From positions 2,096 through 66,095 of the forward strand of contig DASCSS010000010.1 in NCBI GenBank assembly GCA_034399535.1: a DNA stretch of 64,000 bases, in the 5' to 3' direction. Positions 10,055 to 20,900 of this stretch are shown one piece after another. The DNA is from Candidatus Thalassarchaeaceae archaeon. GTDB taxonomy: Archaea > Thermoplasmatota > Poseidoniia > Poseidoniales > Thalassarchaeaceae. Each line of letters begins with the position of its first letter. Position 1 is the stretch's first letter. Position numbers and translations under genes: made by a program. The notes below the pieces were generated by a model. It saw only the letters and a list, made by a program, of their open reading frames with translations. It did not search any database and was not told the origin of the DNA.

Positions 10055-10768
10055 TTAGAGAAGGTCCGCCAACTCATCCTTAATCTGCTCAACGGCCTCA
10101 AGGATCTCGTCTTTGTGCCTTGCTCCAGTTATTACCATCTTGCCGCTACCAAAAATTAGGCAAACGACACGCGGATAATCTAACCTGTAAATCAGTCCTG
10201 GGAATTGCTCTGGCTCGTACTCCACCTTGTCGAATGGAAGATGGAATGTCAAATTGTTCAGATTGAGCTTCCTTGGGAGGGCTGCCAAAGGCTCTCCCTT
10301 CAATATCCCGCGAATCCTGGGGTCCTCGTTCTCTACTTCCTCGTCTGTAGCCGCTCTGATTGCTCCATTGTCATCAATTACCTTGGTATTGATGTCATCC
10401 ATGCGAGCGACTTCCCCGTATTCCTCTGGATAGTACAAGGAATATGTTGCAACCATGTTCTGGACCTCAATTTCTACATCCTTCAGATCCCATGTCTCAA
10501 TCCCAGCAGCCCTAAGGTCACCAATCATCCTCTCGATGCCAGTGTGGATGTTATCCTCATTCTTCCCTCCTGTGCATACTGCCCTTCCAGACCTGAACAT
10601 CAGGATGGCGAGTTTTGGGTCAACTACCCTGTAAACGACACCCGGAAACTGCTCGGGCTCGTACTCACAATTGAGTTGAATCGCAATATCTGGTAGATCC
10701 AATTCCTCGGCAACTCTAGTTGAGGCCACTACATTGACTACTGTGAGTCTTTCTTCGTCACTTAGCAT
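10055..10768 (-). CDS. tbp: TATA-box-binding protein (TBP) with an insertion in repeat 2.
   Basis: Two TBP repeats each carrying EYEPEQFPG(V/L)(V/I)YR and a β1 strand (VVNVVAS / VQNMVAT). The spacing between β1 and EYEPEQFPG is 18 aa in repeat 1 but 74 aa in repeat 2. Confidence 0.9.
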   Translation of the reverse strand: MLSDEERLTVVNVVASTRVAEELDLPDIAIQLNCEYEPEQFPGVVYRVVDPKLAILMFRSGRAVCTGGKNEDNIHTGIERMIGDLRAAGIETWDLKDVEIEVQNMVATYSLYYPEEYGEVARMDDINTKVIDDNGAIRAATDEEVENEDPRIRGILKGEPLAALPRKLNLNNLTFHLPFDKVEYEPEQFPGLIYRLDYPRVVCLIFGSGKMVITGARHKDEILEAVEQIKDELADLL

Positions 10769-10832
10769 AGGTTGACGACCGAAGTCTCTCTTATAAATGG
10801 TAATATAAAGGAGAGTGGATTTTCCGAGGGAG

Positions 10833-11816
10833 TCAGTTTCCTAGAATTCGGACTCCATTGGCACCAAGTTTGCTCGTCAGTGGCCTTCCTCCAGCAACCT
10901 CAATCGCCTGGGAAACCCTTTCTGGATCCAGAGTCAATGCTACCATGCAACCCCCCCCTCCTGCTCCCGTGAGCTTGGTTCCCAGTGAGTGAGGGCGTGC
11001 CGCCTCAACTAAGCGGTCCAGTCTAGGGCTGCTGACCTCCAAGTTTTTTAGGCAGTCATGACATGCATCCATGGCTATCCCCAGACCCTCGAGATTGCCT
11101 GCTGAAAGAGCAGTCAATCCGGCTTTGGTAATATTGGCTATCGTTTCCAAATCGTTCATCCTTTCTGGGTTGCCCGAGACCAATTTGGCAACCTTCGCCA
11201 CCATCTTTCCGGTTGGAGAGCCCTTGCCAGTGAATCCGATGACTAGCCAAGCGTCGCTGACACCCTTGGGCACATCCACCGTATTGATTGACCAATCCCT
11301 CTTTCCCTCGGGAGTAACGAGACTGGTGTCGAAAACATGTCGAGTCCCTTCCACCCTTTGTCCCGAAACTACTACGAAACCGCCAAGAGCGCTAGTAGCG
11401 GTATCTGTTGGACTAGCCCTCCCCTTCTGAGCAGTCGCCTCGGCCGAATGGGCCATTCGTGCCAAATCTATGGGAATAAGTGGGTCTTCTGGTCTTAGGA
11501 AAGAATGCAGTGCGGCCCCAAAGGCATTGGAAAGGGCTGCAGAAGAGCCCATGCCAGCTGCAGAGAAAAGGGAGCTCTCGACATCGATGTTCAGTGGGGG
11601 GCCATCATATTGGAAGACACTCTGAATGATGTGGGAAATATGGGGATGTCGGGAGGGATCGAAGGATGCCCCTTCTAGGATCCAGCTTGGTGACTCCCTG
11701 ATGCTAACTCTGACTCCCTGGTCAATAGCTACTGCGACCGCAGGATGACCAAATACGACTGCATGCTCCCCAAAAAGGATGCACTTTCCCGGGGCGAATG
11801 CACTCGCCATGCCCAT
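10833..11816 (-). CDS. mvk: Mevalonate kinase (GHMP family).
   Basis: The PGKCILFGEHAVVFGHPAVAVAI motif is the MVK N-terminal signature, and a GHMP ATP loop is present (SAAGMGSSAAL). The longest ORF runs to 11996, but its 60-aa low-complexity N-terminus overlaps the divergent neighbour. ATG at 11816 (MGMASAF…) gives a typical 327 aa. Confidence 0.8.
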   Translation of the reverse strand: MGMASAFAPGKCILFGEHAVVFGHPAVAVAIDQGVRVSIRESPSWILEGASFDPSRHPHISHIIQSVFQYDGPPLNIDVESSLFSAAGMGSSAALSNAFGAALHSFLRPEDPLIPIDLARMAHSAEATAQKGRASPTDTATSALGGFVVVSGQRVEGTRHVFDTSLVTPEGKRDWSINTVDVPKGVSDAWLVIGFTGKGSPTGKMVAKVAKLVSGNPERMNDLETIANITKAGLTALSAGNLEGLGIAMDACHDCLKNLEVSSPRLDRLVEAARPHSLGTKLTGAGGGGCMVALTLDPERVSQAIEVAGGRPLTSKLGANGVRILGN

Positions 11817-11920
11817 AGGCTGGGTCAATAGGCCATGAGTGTTGGCATAATTAGGCGGTTGATTCAAGGGCGCTGGGCTGCTCGGACCTTGTACCGGGTA
11901 AGCCCGGTAGGAGGAAGTCT

Positions 11921-13918
11921 GTGGAACACCCACTTTTGGAATCTTACGGGCCGATGGAAGGGTGGCATATTCTCTTAGTGCTTGGAATGGTGTCAATAGG
12001 ATTCTTCACATATCAAGTTCAGAAGGCTACTCGCCTAGTCTTACTGGGGGCCCCGGATTCGAGATTTGACTCATGGGGCGTACGAATTCGGGAGTTCTTG
12101 GTTGGATGGCTGGGACAAAAGAAGGTTCTGCGGGACCGGGTTGCTGGGACAATGCACGTCCTGATGTTCTGGGGATTCCTAATGCTCGCCTCAGACATGC
12201 TAGATCTAGCTACTGCAAATGCATTCTCAAGAGAACTCTTACCCAGTTTTCTCAATGGCCCTTGGAATGGCATGGTCGAATTGGGATATGTGATGGCCCT
12301 GATTGGGTGCTTGGGTGCTCTAGTACGCCGTGTAGTCTTCACACCTGAGAAATTGAAAGGAAAGTCGCAATTTGAAGGGAATGTAATCCTATTCCTGATT
12401 TTCACCATTACGGCTACCTCCTTCGTTGTTGAGTCCAATGATGACCCCTCTCCTTTCTGGGAGCCAATCGGCCATATGGTATCAGAAATCGGTGTTTCGA
12501 ATGGAACCGTAATTGCTGCATACTGGTCCCACGTGCTCGCAATATCTGTTTTCCTATTCCTTATCCCAATGTCGAAACACATGCATCTGGTAATGGCGGT
12601 ACCAAACGTGTTCTTTCACGATACTGGACCGAAAGGCAGAATGCGGCCTCTGGAAGTTCGAGAGGACGGGGGGGCAGTCCCCTTGGACGAGCTAGATATC
12701 GACTCTTTCGGGGTCAGCACCTATGACCAATACACCTGGAGGCAGTTGATAGACGGATGGTCATGCACGTCATGTGCTAGATGCCAAGACGTCTGCCCTG
12801 CCTATGCATCGGGAAAGGGACTAAACCCTATGCAAGTGATTCATGATATTCGAAACTACGCAAATGAGCATGCGCCGATTTTGTTGTCCGGAAAGCAACC
12901 AGAAGAGACGGTGATCCAACGAATTACTGATGAAGCCGTATGGGCCTGTACAACATGCAACGCGTGCGTTGACGTGTGCCCCTTGTACATAGAGCACGTT
13001 CCTAAGCTCACAGATCTGCGTAGGAATGCAATGATGGAGACAATGGAGTACCCGGAGATTCTCAACACGGCGATGGGGAACATCGAGTCGGCATCCAATC
13101 CATATGGCTTCGGGGCCCACGAGAGAGCTGCCTGGGCTGCTGATTTGGATGTGAAAGTGGGGGAGCCTGCAGAGTACATCTACTTCGTTGGCTGTGCTGC
13201 AAGCTTTGATGAGAGGAACCAAAAGGTGGCAAGATCAACCATTTCATTGCTCAAGGAAGCAGGGCTAGACGTCGGAATACTAGGCATGCAGGAGGGATGC
13301 TCGGGTGACCCAGCAAGAAGAGCCGGGAACGAATACCTGTTCCAGATGCTTGCTGAGACAAATATGATGACATTCCAAGAACTGGGAGTCAAGAGGATTG
13401 TGGCGTCATGCCCTCATTGCTTCCACACGCTTGGCAAGGAATACGCAGATTATGGGGGAGAAGAATTAGAGGTCTTCCACCATTCAGAGATATTGGCACG
13501 TCTCCAGGAAGAAGGGAGCTTGCCCCAAATAGAAGAGAGGTCACGAAATTTAACATTCCATGATCCTTGCTACTTAGGGAGGATTGGGGGGATAATCGAT
13601 GAACCAAGAAATGTCATCGGAGGAGTGGATGTCGAGACTGAGAAGCATGGACAGGATTCGTTTTGCTGTGGTGCGGGTGGAGCACAGATGTGGATGGAAG
13701 AGGATTCGGACAAGCGCGTAAATGTGATCAGGGCCAAGGAGTTATCTGAGACGGGATGCGATACGGTCGCGGTCGGATGCCCCTTCTGCTCGGTTATGGT
13801 AAAGGATGGATTAGACGCCGTTGGTTCAGAAATGGAAGTGATGGACGTGGCAGAGATACTCTGGGAACAAATCATAGCTAGAGACGAAGAAATTCACAAG
13901 CATGCCGCCCAATCGTGA
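11921..13918 (+). CDS. Fused membrane cytochrome-b-like (NarI/HdrE/DsrM-type) domain plus HdrD/GlcF/DsrK-like Fe-S oxidoreductase with CCG domains.
   Basis: The N-terminal ~250 aa have 5 TM helices with conserved His. Two ferredoxin motifs follow (CTSCARCQDVCP and CTTCNACVDVCP), then two CCG-type Cys-rich domains (…FVGCAAS…CPHCFHTL…; …HDPCYLGR…FCCGAGG…GCPFCSVM). Confidence 0.75.
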   Translation: MEHPLLESYGPMEGWHILLVLGMVSIGFFTYQVQKATRLVLLGAPDSRFDSWGVRIREFLVGWLGQKKVLRDRVAGTMHVLMFWGFLMLASDMLDLATANAFSRELLPSFLNGPWNGMVELGYVMALIGCLGALVRRVVFTPEKLKGKSQFEGNVILFLIFTITATSFVVESNDDPSPFWEPIGHMVSEIGVSNGTVIAAYWSHVLAISVFLFLIPMSKHMHLVMAVPNVFFHDTGPKGRMRPLEVREDGGAVPLDELDIDSFGVSTYDQYTWRQLIDGWSCTSCARCQDVCPAYASGKGLNPMQVIHDIRNYANEHAPILLSGKQPEETVIQRITDEAVWACTTCNACVDVCPLYIEHVPKLTDLRRNAMMETMEYPEILNTAMGNIESASNPYGFGAHERAAWAADLDVKVGEPAEYIYFVGCAASFDERNQKVARSTISLLKEAGLDVGILGMQEGCSGDPARRAGNEYLFQMLAETNMMTFQELGVKRIVASCPHCFHTLGKEYADYGGEELEVFHHSEILARLQEEGSLPQIEERSRNLTFHDPCYLGRIGGIIDEPRNVIGGVDVETEKHGQDSFCCGAGGAQMWMEEDSDKRVNVIRAKELSETGCDTVAVGCPFCSVMVKDGLDAVGSEMEVMDVAEILWEQIIARDEEIHKHAAQS

Positions 13919-13949
13919 GCATCAAATGTGAGAGCCCTCTGGTGACATC

Positions 13950-14339
13950 ATGGACGACGAATTCACATATCTCAATTTGAATGTTCCAACTTTCACCAAA
14001 GTAACTGCTGCTGCTCTTGCGCTAATGGGTGCTGTGACGTACTTCGCGACCGGACAGGAGAGCGTGACAGCCCTAATTCCTACATTTGTTGCAATTCCAT
14101 TGTTCTTGATGGCTGTAGCGGCAGAGCAGTACCCAGAAAAGAGGGCTTTGGTAATGCATGTCGCTGTATTGCTGGGGTTATTCTGCATCTCTGGGGGTGC
14201 CATGGGGGTATCTGGACTAGCAAAAGGTGACGTCAGTGCTTCGGTAATCGAACAGCTTTCGATGATGATCGTGGGAATTTTTTACACCTACGTTTGTGTT
14301 TTATCATTTATCCATGCTAGGAATAACAGGGAAGATTGA
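13950..14339 (+). CDS. Hypothetical small membrane protein (4 TM).
   Basis: 129 aa, hydrophobic. The stop lies 1 nt before the ATG of the next gene. Confidence 0.45.
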   Translation: MDDEFTYLNLNVPTFTKVTAAALALMGAVTYFATGQESVTALIPTFVAIPLFLMAVAAEQYPEKRALVMHVAVLLGLFCISGGAMGVSGLAKGDVSASVIEQLSMMIVGIFYTYVCVLSFIHARNNRED

Positions 14340-14340
14340 C

Positions 14341-15036
14341 ATGTCGGATAGCCCCATTATTGGCATTACATGCTTCATCAGAGACGCAGTATATGGGAAC
14401 TGGCACAGAAATGCCGCCATTCTTCCTTCGGCGTACATCTCGGTAATCAATCGAGCGGGGGGAATTCCTCTGATTATCCCCCCCGCTGGAAATATGAATG
14501 ACACATTGGATTGTATCGATGGGTTAGTTGTATCTGGGGGTCCGGACATTTGTCCGACGAACTACAGTCAGGAAGCTGGGCCGATGAATGGAGAAGTATA
14601 TCCTGAACAGGACAAAACCGAGATGGCTCTAATCGGGGGTGCCTTGGAACGAGGAATCCCCTTCCTCGGAGTCTGCAGGGGAATGCAGATCCTCAGTGTC
14701 CTACATGGAGGGTCACTTCACCAGCATCTAGATACTACTCCCGGTCACGAGGGACATGGGGGATTCGATGGTGTCGAGACCGAGCATGGAGTTGATGTTG
14801 CAGAGGAATCTCTGCTGGCGAAATTGATGGGGACCACTTTTTCTGTGAACTCTACACATCATCAGGGCGTAGCTGACCCGGGTAGCCTTTCTGTTTCTGC
14901 TACAGCCAAACACGACGGCTTAATCGAGGCCGTAGAGAGGCCAGATCTAGGATTCTGCCTTGGCGTCCAATGGCACCCAGAACGAGCCGGACACGACCTA
15001 CTGTACTCTGGGCTTGTACAGGCAGCGAGAGATTGA
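14341..15036 (+). CDS. Class I glutamine amidotransferase-like hydrolase (peptidase C26 / PuuD-like gamma-glutamyl hydrolase family).
   Basis: Catalytic Cys context GVCRGMQIL and the HHQGV…VQWHPE His/Glu region. ATG at 14341 (MSDSPIIGITCF…) was preferred over the longer upstream ORF start at 14296. Confidence 0.7.
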   Translation: MSDSPIIGITCFIRDAVYGNWHRNAAILPSAYISVINRAGGIPLIIPPAGNMNDTLDCIDGLVVSGGPDICPTNYSQEAGPMNGEVYPEQDKTEMALIGGALERGIPFLGVCRGMQILSVLHGGSLHQHLDTTPGHEGHGGFDGVETEHGVDVAEESLLAKLMGTTFSVNSTHHQGVADPGSLSVSATAKHDGLIEAVERPDLGFCLGVQWHPERAGHDLLYSGLVQAARD

Positions 15037-15061
15037 TGACGGGTGAGCCTACCAGAAGCAT

Positions 15062-16447
15062 GTGCCTCTCGAGGTCTACGATACGAAATCTCGCTCGAAG
15101 CGTGAGTTCAAAACACTAGATGACGGCAAAGTTCGGATGTACGTTTGTGGGATTACCCCCTATTCCCCAAGTCACCTGGGCCATGCAAGGTGCTACGTCG
15201 CCTTCGATGTGGTCCATAGATGGCTGGAATCAGAGGGTTTTGAAGTCGATTATGTGCAAAACTTCACCGACATAGATGACAAGATTCTAGATATCTCCAC
15301 TTCAGAGGGAGTCGATTTCAGAGAAGTAGCAAATCGGAACATAGAGGAGTACTACGAAGTTATGGACAAGATGAACGTACTCAGGGCGGACCACTATCCC
15401 CGAGTAACGGAGACCATTCCCGAAATAATTGAGATGATTGGAATCCTGATTGGCAAGGGGCATGCATACCTAGCAGATGACGGAGTCTACTTCGAGATAG
15501 ACACGGCACCAGAGAAGTTTGGACTACTTACGGGACAGACACTTGAGATGGTTAGGTCGGGGGCCGGCGGAAGGGTTGAGAAAACTGGTTCCGGAAAGAA
15601 GGATCACAGGGACTTCGCTCTCTGGAAGCTGGCAAAACCGGACGAACCGTCATGGGAAAGCCCCTGGGGAGAAGGTAGGCCGGGCTGGCACATCGAATGC
15701 TCTGCGATGTCTATCAAGCACTTCGGGGCGAAATTTGACATCCACGGAGGAGGGCATGACCTCAGGTTCCCCCATCATGAGGCGGAAATCTTCCAATCCG
15801 AGTGTTCCACGGGTTCTGAGCCAGTTGTTGGGTTCTGGATGCATAATGGATTCGTCAATGTAGATGGCGAGAAGATGAGCAAGAGTCTTGGAAACTTCTG
15901 GACGCTGAGCGAGGCGTTTGAGCACCACCCTCCGCTAGCATTGAGGTATGCTCTTCTCAGCGTGCCATATCGGAACCCTATCGATCTTACGCCAGAGTTC
16001 CTCGATGAGGCGTCGTCGCACTATGGCAGATTGTTAACGGCATATTCCAAATCTCTTATTTCTGGAAAGTCCGGAATTGATCTAGAATCCGCCAGTAAGC
16101 GATTCACTGAGGCCATGGATGACGACTTCAACACTAGATCGGCAATTATAGAGGTCCAGGGAGTGGTAACGGCAGAGCCATCCGAAGAAGTGGCCTCCTG
16201 GCTGGAGGAAAATGCTGGAAGAGTTCTGGGTCTCCTTCCAACTCGAGAAGAGGTGGCCGCTGCTCGTGAGGAGGCAGGATCAGCTAGAGAGAAAGTTGCT
16301 GATGTCGTCGATTCTCTTTTGGCCGAAAGGGATGCGGCGAGAGGGGGAAAGGACTGGTCAAGGGCCGATGAAATAAGAGAAGAGTTGTCCTCAATGGGCG
16401 TAACTGTCGAAGATGGTCCTGAGGGTCCGACTTGGAGATTGGATTAA
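15062..16447 (+). CDS. cysS: Cysteinyl-tRNA synthetase.
   Basis: Class I HIGH-type motif (…[10 protein letters not shown]…) and KMSKS (KMSKSLGN). 461 aa. GTG start. Confidence 0.9.
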   Translation: MPLEVYDTKSRSKREFKTLDDGKVRMYVCGITPYSPSHLGHARCYVAFDVVHRWLESEGFEVDYVQNFTDIDDKILDISTSEGVDFREVANRNIEEYYEVMDKMNVLRADHYPRVTETIPEIIEMIGILIGKGHAYLADDGVYFEIDTAPEKFGLLTGQTLEMVRSGAGGRVEKTGSGKKDHRDFALWKLAKPDEPSWESPWGEGRPGWHIECSAMSIKHFGAKFDIHGGGHDLRFPHHEAEIFQSECSTGSEPVVGFWMHNGFVNVDGEKMSKSLGNFWTLSEAFEHHPPLALRYALLSVPYRNPIDLTPEFLDEASSHYGRLLTAYSKSLISGKSGIDLESASKRFTEAMDDDFNTRSAIIEVQGVVTAEPSEEVASWLEENAGRVLGLLPTREEVAAAREEAGSAREKVADVVDSLLAERDAARGGKDWSRADEIREELSSMGVTVEDGPEGPTWRLD

Positions 16448-16493
16448 CACTGTTCGATGAAAGTGCGATATAGCCCCATATCTACGGGAGTTC

Positions 16494-17951
16494 GTGCAGC
16501 CCGTTGGAGCAAGGCGGACATTGGCGGCAATTTCCATTTCCCTGATAATGGTAATGTCAGGGTGTGTAGAAAAAAGTCAATCGACAGAAGAAGGTCCAGA
16601 TTGGGACTTGGAATACTATCTTATTGACCCACCTAGCAGCTACGAGGATGCACGGAACTTCACTGTTACTCACCCATCGGAAAACGTGACTTGGGGGAAC
16701 TCTTCGTGGTCTGTTTATGGAAATGAGCATGGGGGGAACTGCTGTGAGCATTACCTAGCGGCTACGAAAGAGGGCTGGATTCTAAATTTTGGAGGAGAAT
16801 ACCCGACTTGGTCCGAAGACAGGGGTCACTCATGGGAGGAGTATAGACCAACGATTTTCTCTCAGTTTGGTTGCATGGAACCTAAACCCACGGTTCCAGG
16901 TCAGGAAGGCTTGGGGGAGGGTAGCATAGTCCAAGCAACCAACGGGGACCTGATTTCAATGGGCTGGTTCCCTTACCCCAGCACAAGCGGGGCGGATCAG
17001 TTCTACGCTTTCTTCTACGATTCGGCGGATGAAGAGTGGAGCTGGTGCTTCAATCGCACGCCCGAGCCGTTCTATGATAGGTCCTGGCAAGTAGAGATAG
17101 TTGGCCCCATCAATGGAGGATTGTATGGCAATGGACCATGGGGGAGTCTAGTGATTTCTAACTTCTGGCACCAAGTCCAAAACATAGGAGGTCAGTTGTC
17201 AACTGATGGGCTGAACTATGACTACTTCGACTTCCCGGACAGAGACGATAGCCTAGACGTGATGGAAGTTGACCTCGATCCAGAGAGCCTTGGTCGTGAG
17301 TGGGACTACACCAAACCCCACAAAGAGATGAGGGCCTTTCCCGTACCATCTGGGGGACTGTACTTCCCAAATTACTTCATTGACGGCAGTGACGCATACC
17401 TCGATACTTCGTTAAATTGGTGGACTGGTGTGACCATGAATGGATCTTCTCTACCCTCGCAGTATTGCGCATTCGACTCTTCAACTGCACTTCACTGCGT
17501 ATTGGCCTCGGGTACCGAACTTTGGCATATGCTTTCATGGGACGGAGGTGAGACCTGGCAGAACCAGACCTACAACCTATCAGATAGGGCCTCGGAAATA
17601 GAAGAGTGGGAATTCCACGCAAACGGCGAGCACGACCTGTTTGTTCTGAACGTTAGATTTCAAAGTGCGGATGGTCCCGATGTTGACATCGCTTGGCACG
17701 TGAGGGACTTCTCAAACAGCCTCGAGCCGGATACTTTGACATATCTCGGACTGGGGGATTTGGACTCGACTTCGGGGGCAGGGAATGACATAAGATTCGA
17801 CTTCGCCAGTATGGGAATTCTTCCGGACGGGGGGTCCTTCATCGCCTACCACGACTCATCAGATGAAGACCCGCTATTTGGGGTTGAGTTGTTGATTCCT
17901 AATTCTTACATGCCAATAGCAAACCAGTACATGGTTGGCCATGACCACTGA
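16494..17951 (+). CDS. Exported BNR/Asp-box repeat protein, lipoprotein-like.
   Basis: Signal peptide with lipobox-like Cys (…LIMVMSGCVEKS). Two Asp-box motifs (SEDRGHSWEE and SWDGGETWQ). About 485 aa, probably a beta-propeller. Confidence 0.6.
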   Translation: MQPVGARRTLAAISISLIMVMSGCVEKSQSTEEGPDWDLEYYLIDPPSSYEDARNFTVTHPSENVTWGNSSWSVYGNEHGGNCCEHYLAATKEGWILNFGGEYPTWSEDRGHSWEEYRPTIFSQFGCMEPKPTVPGQEGLGEGSIVQATNGDLISMGWFPYPSTSGADQFYAFFYDSADEEWSWCFNRTPEPFYDRSWQVEIVGPINGGLYGNGPWGSLVISNFWHQVQNIGGQLSTDGLNYDYFDFPDRDDSLDVMEVDLDPESLGREWDYTKPHKEMRAFPVPSGGLYFPNYFIDGSDAYLDTSLNWWTGVTMNGSSLPSQYCAFDSSTALHCVLASGTELWHMLSWDGGETWQNQTYNLSDRASEIEEWEFHANGEHDLFVLNVRFQSADGPDVDIAWHVRDFSNSLEPDTLTYLGLGDLDSTSGAGNDIRFDFASMGILPDGGSFIAYHDSSDEDPLFGVELLIPNSYMPIANQYMVGHDH

Positions 17952-20900
17952 TCAGTTGGCTATCGAGAAGAAGACTGTTGTGCCATCAACCTCGAAAGAT
18001 TCAGCTCCAGATGGTCGTTTTCCTGAATTTAGGGAGGCCGTCCCGGTCCTTGTCTCTCTCTGAACGTGATTCCAGTCTTCTTCGGCTAATTTCAGGCCCT
18101 CGACCCAAACGGAAAGTTCGATTGTCGACTCAACATCCAAATCCAGTTCTTTGCGCTTGGCCTGGATCCTCCGAGTTATGTCCCTAGCTAGTCCCTTGGA
18201 AAGTAGGTCGGCGTCGAGATCCATGTCTAAGACAATGGAAACATCTCCCTCATCGAAAGATAGCGTCTGAGCGGCAAATCCTTGTTTCTCGACCCTGCGA
18301 ATCTCGATGTCGTCCTTTGTAATCTCATAACCTCCCAATGCAGCGATACCGGCTTCAATCTCTAGGAGGAGGGCTTCGGGATCGGCTAAGTCGAGTTGTG
18401 CTAGCACAGAGGGCAGGTCAGAACGGCACTTTGAACCGAGAGACTTCCTGTTCGGTTCTAGGACAATTCGCTGGAAGGCATCCAAGTCATCCCCAGTATC
18501 CAGCGACTCTACATTGAGTTCCTCTGCAAGTGTTTCGTGGAAATCGGCAAGATTGGGGCCGCCAACTATCCATCCAGTCCTGCATGGTAGTCTCTGACGA
18601 CGATTGGAATCGACACGGATGCGCCTTCCTGCTTCAGCAAGAGATCTGACCAACGCCATCTGTTGCTCGACCAATTTGTCCCTGGATGGCAATGTTCTGG
18701 GCACCAGGGATGAGCCTACTGGCCAGTCTGCGAGGTGGGCGGATGTTCCTGTCAGACCTCTGTGTATCTCATCGGGCATGAAGGGCGAAACTGGTGCCAT
18801 TAGTCTGCAAACAACTAGCAATACCTCGTGAAGTGTGTGCTGACATGCTCGTTTGTCGTTGCTATCGGCCTCATCCCAAAGACGTCTTCGTGAACGTCGG
18901 ACGTACCAGTTCGAGACGTCGTTGACGACGAAGTCCTCCAGGATTCTTCCCGCCTTATGAAAATCCCAGGAATCGAAGTTGGCACTATATTCATCGGCCA
19001 TCGCGGTCATTCTGGAGAGGACCCATCTATCCAGGGGACTTCTGTCGGATACGGCTACGAAGCCAGGTTCGTGTTCGGGATCGAATCCGTCGAGTGATGC
19101 ATAATCGGAATGAAATCGGTATACGTTCCAGAGTGTCAAGAACATCTTGGCATAGGACTCCCGGACGCCATTGGGGTCAAAGTTGGTTGGAGACCAAGGG
19201 GCACTTTGGGTGGTCATGTACCATCGAATTGAATCAGCTCCCTCCTTGTTGAAATGATCCCATGGATTGACTACATTGCCCCTAGACTTGCTCATCTTCT
19301 TGCCATCCTTATCCAGGATGTGCCCCAGGGATAGGCATCTTCGGAAGCATGGCTCGCCGAAAACCGTAGTTGCAACCGCAAGGAGGGAATAGAACCATCC
19401 TCTGGTCTGATCCACTGCCTCACAGATGTAGTCTACTGGGAATGAGCCGTCAAATTTGTCTTCGTTCTCGAAGGGATAGTGCCATTGTGCAAAGGATGCG
19501 CATCCGGAGTCAAACCAACAGTCCATGACATAAGGCTCCCTAATCATCTCTCCTGAGCATTCATCAGAAGGGCAATTGAGGCGAACCTCGTCGACGTATG
19601 GCCTATGCAATTCAGGAGGCATGGGGGATGATTCAGTCTTCATGGAGGACATCTCTCCTATACTGCCGACACAGTGCACTGTATCGCATTCAGAGCAAAT
19701 CCACACGGGAATTGGAGTCCCCCAGTATCGCTCTCTGCTAATTGCCCAGTCCTTGATATTTGACAGCCACTCCCCCATTCTCTTTGTCCCAGTCCACTCA
19801 GGAGCCCATTCAACACTGGCATTGTGAGTCAGAATCTCGTCCCGAACTGCAGTCATTCGAACGAACCAACTATCCATAGCGTAGTAGAGCAGAGGGTGAT
19901 CGGTTCGCCAACAGTGGGGGTAATCGTGAGTATATGTGTGCTCACGATACAGAAGACCTAATCCCTCCAGCAAATTGATTATGTCATCGTCGCAATCCTT
20001 GACATAACGCCCGTCAAGGAGGTCATGAACCCCTTCGACAAAAGCCCCATCCATTCCTACTGTATGTTGGGCGGGAAGGCCAACTTGCATTCCGAGTCTG
20101 TAGTCATCCTCGCCGTACATCACAGCAGTGTGAACGACCCCTGTGCCATCCGTAGTAGTGACGAAGTCAGCGGCTACTACGGTCCAAGCTGACACGGACT
20201 CCCCTCGCTCAATGGCTCCCGGGAACAGAGGAGAATACGCTTTGCCCACGAGTTTAGATCCGAGGAATTCATCCACAATCTCTGCTTGATTACGGAGAAC
20301 ATTGCCAATCAAATCCTTGGCGAGAATCAGTTCCTCTCCAATCTCTGCTCCTCCACGGCCTTCCCAGGAATTGGAGGGTGATTCTGTGATTCTGACGCGG
20401 CAGTAAGTCACATCTGGGCCTACGGCCAAGCCGACGTTCCCTGGGAGTGTCCAAGGTGTGGTTGTCCATGCAAGGATTGAGGCGTCATCATCCTCTAGCC
20501 TGAACTTTACGAATACAGCGGGCTCGGCCACCTCCTTGTACCCCAAAGAGACTTCATGGGTCGAGTAGCTCGTTCCGGTTTGGGGGCAATAGGGGAGTAC
20601 CTTGTGACCCTTGAAAAGAAGCCCTTTGTCGAACATCTGTTTCAGTGACCACCATGCCGATTCGATGTATTCATCATGCAGTGTAACGTACGGATCGTCC
20701 ATGTCGACCCAAAATGCCATCCTCTCTGTCATCTCCCTCCAAGCCTCTTCGTAGGTCCAGACGCTTTCCTTGCACTTCTGGTTGAATGCTTCCATTCCGT
20801 ACTCCTCAATCGCTTCGTTGGACATCAGATCGAGTCGTTTCTGCACTTCAATCTCCACTGGCAAACCATGAGTGTCCCAACCGCCCTTTCGCTCTACTAC

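Noticed and set aside
10205-10696. 163-aa ORF on the + strand opposite the TBP gene.
   Set aside because: It is fully antisense to a confidently identified TBP gene and has no recognisable motifs. This is a shadow ORF.
11817-11996. Long N-terminal extension of the mevalonate kinase ORF.
   Set aside because: The extra 60 aa are low-complexity Pro/Gln-rich and overlap the divergent neighbour. The internal ATG at 11816 gives a canonical MVK N-terminus, so the extension is treated as non-coding.
12019-12582. 187-aa ORF on the − strand within the HdrDE-like gene.
   Set aside because: It is antisense to a gene with clear Fe-S and CCG motifs and has no features of its own.
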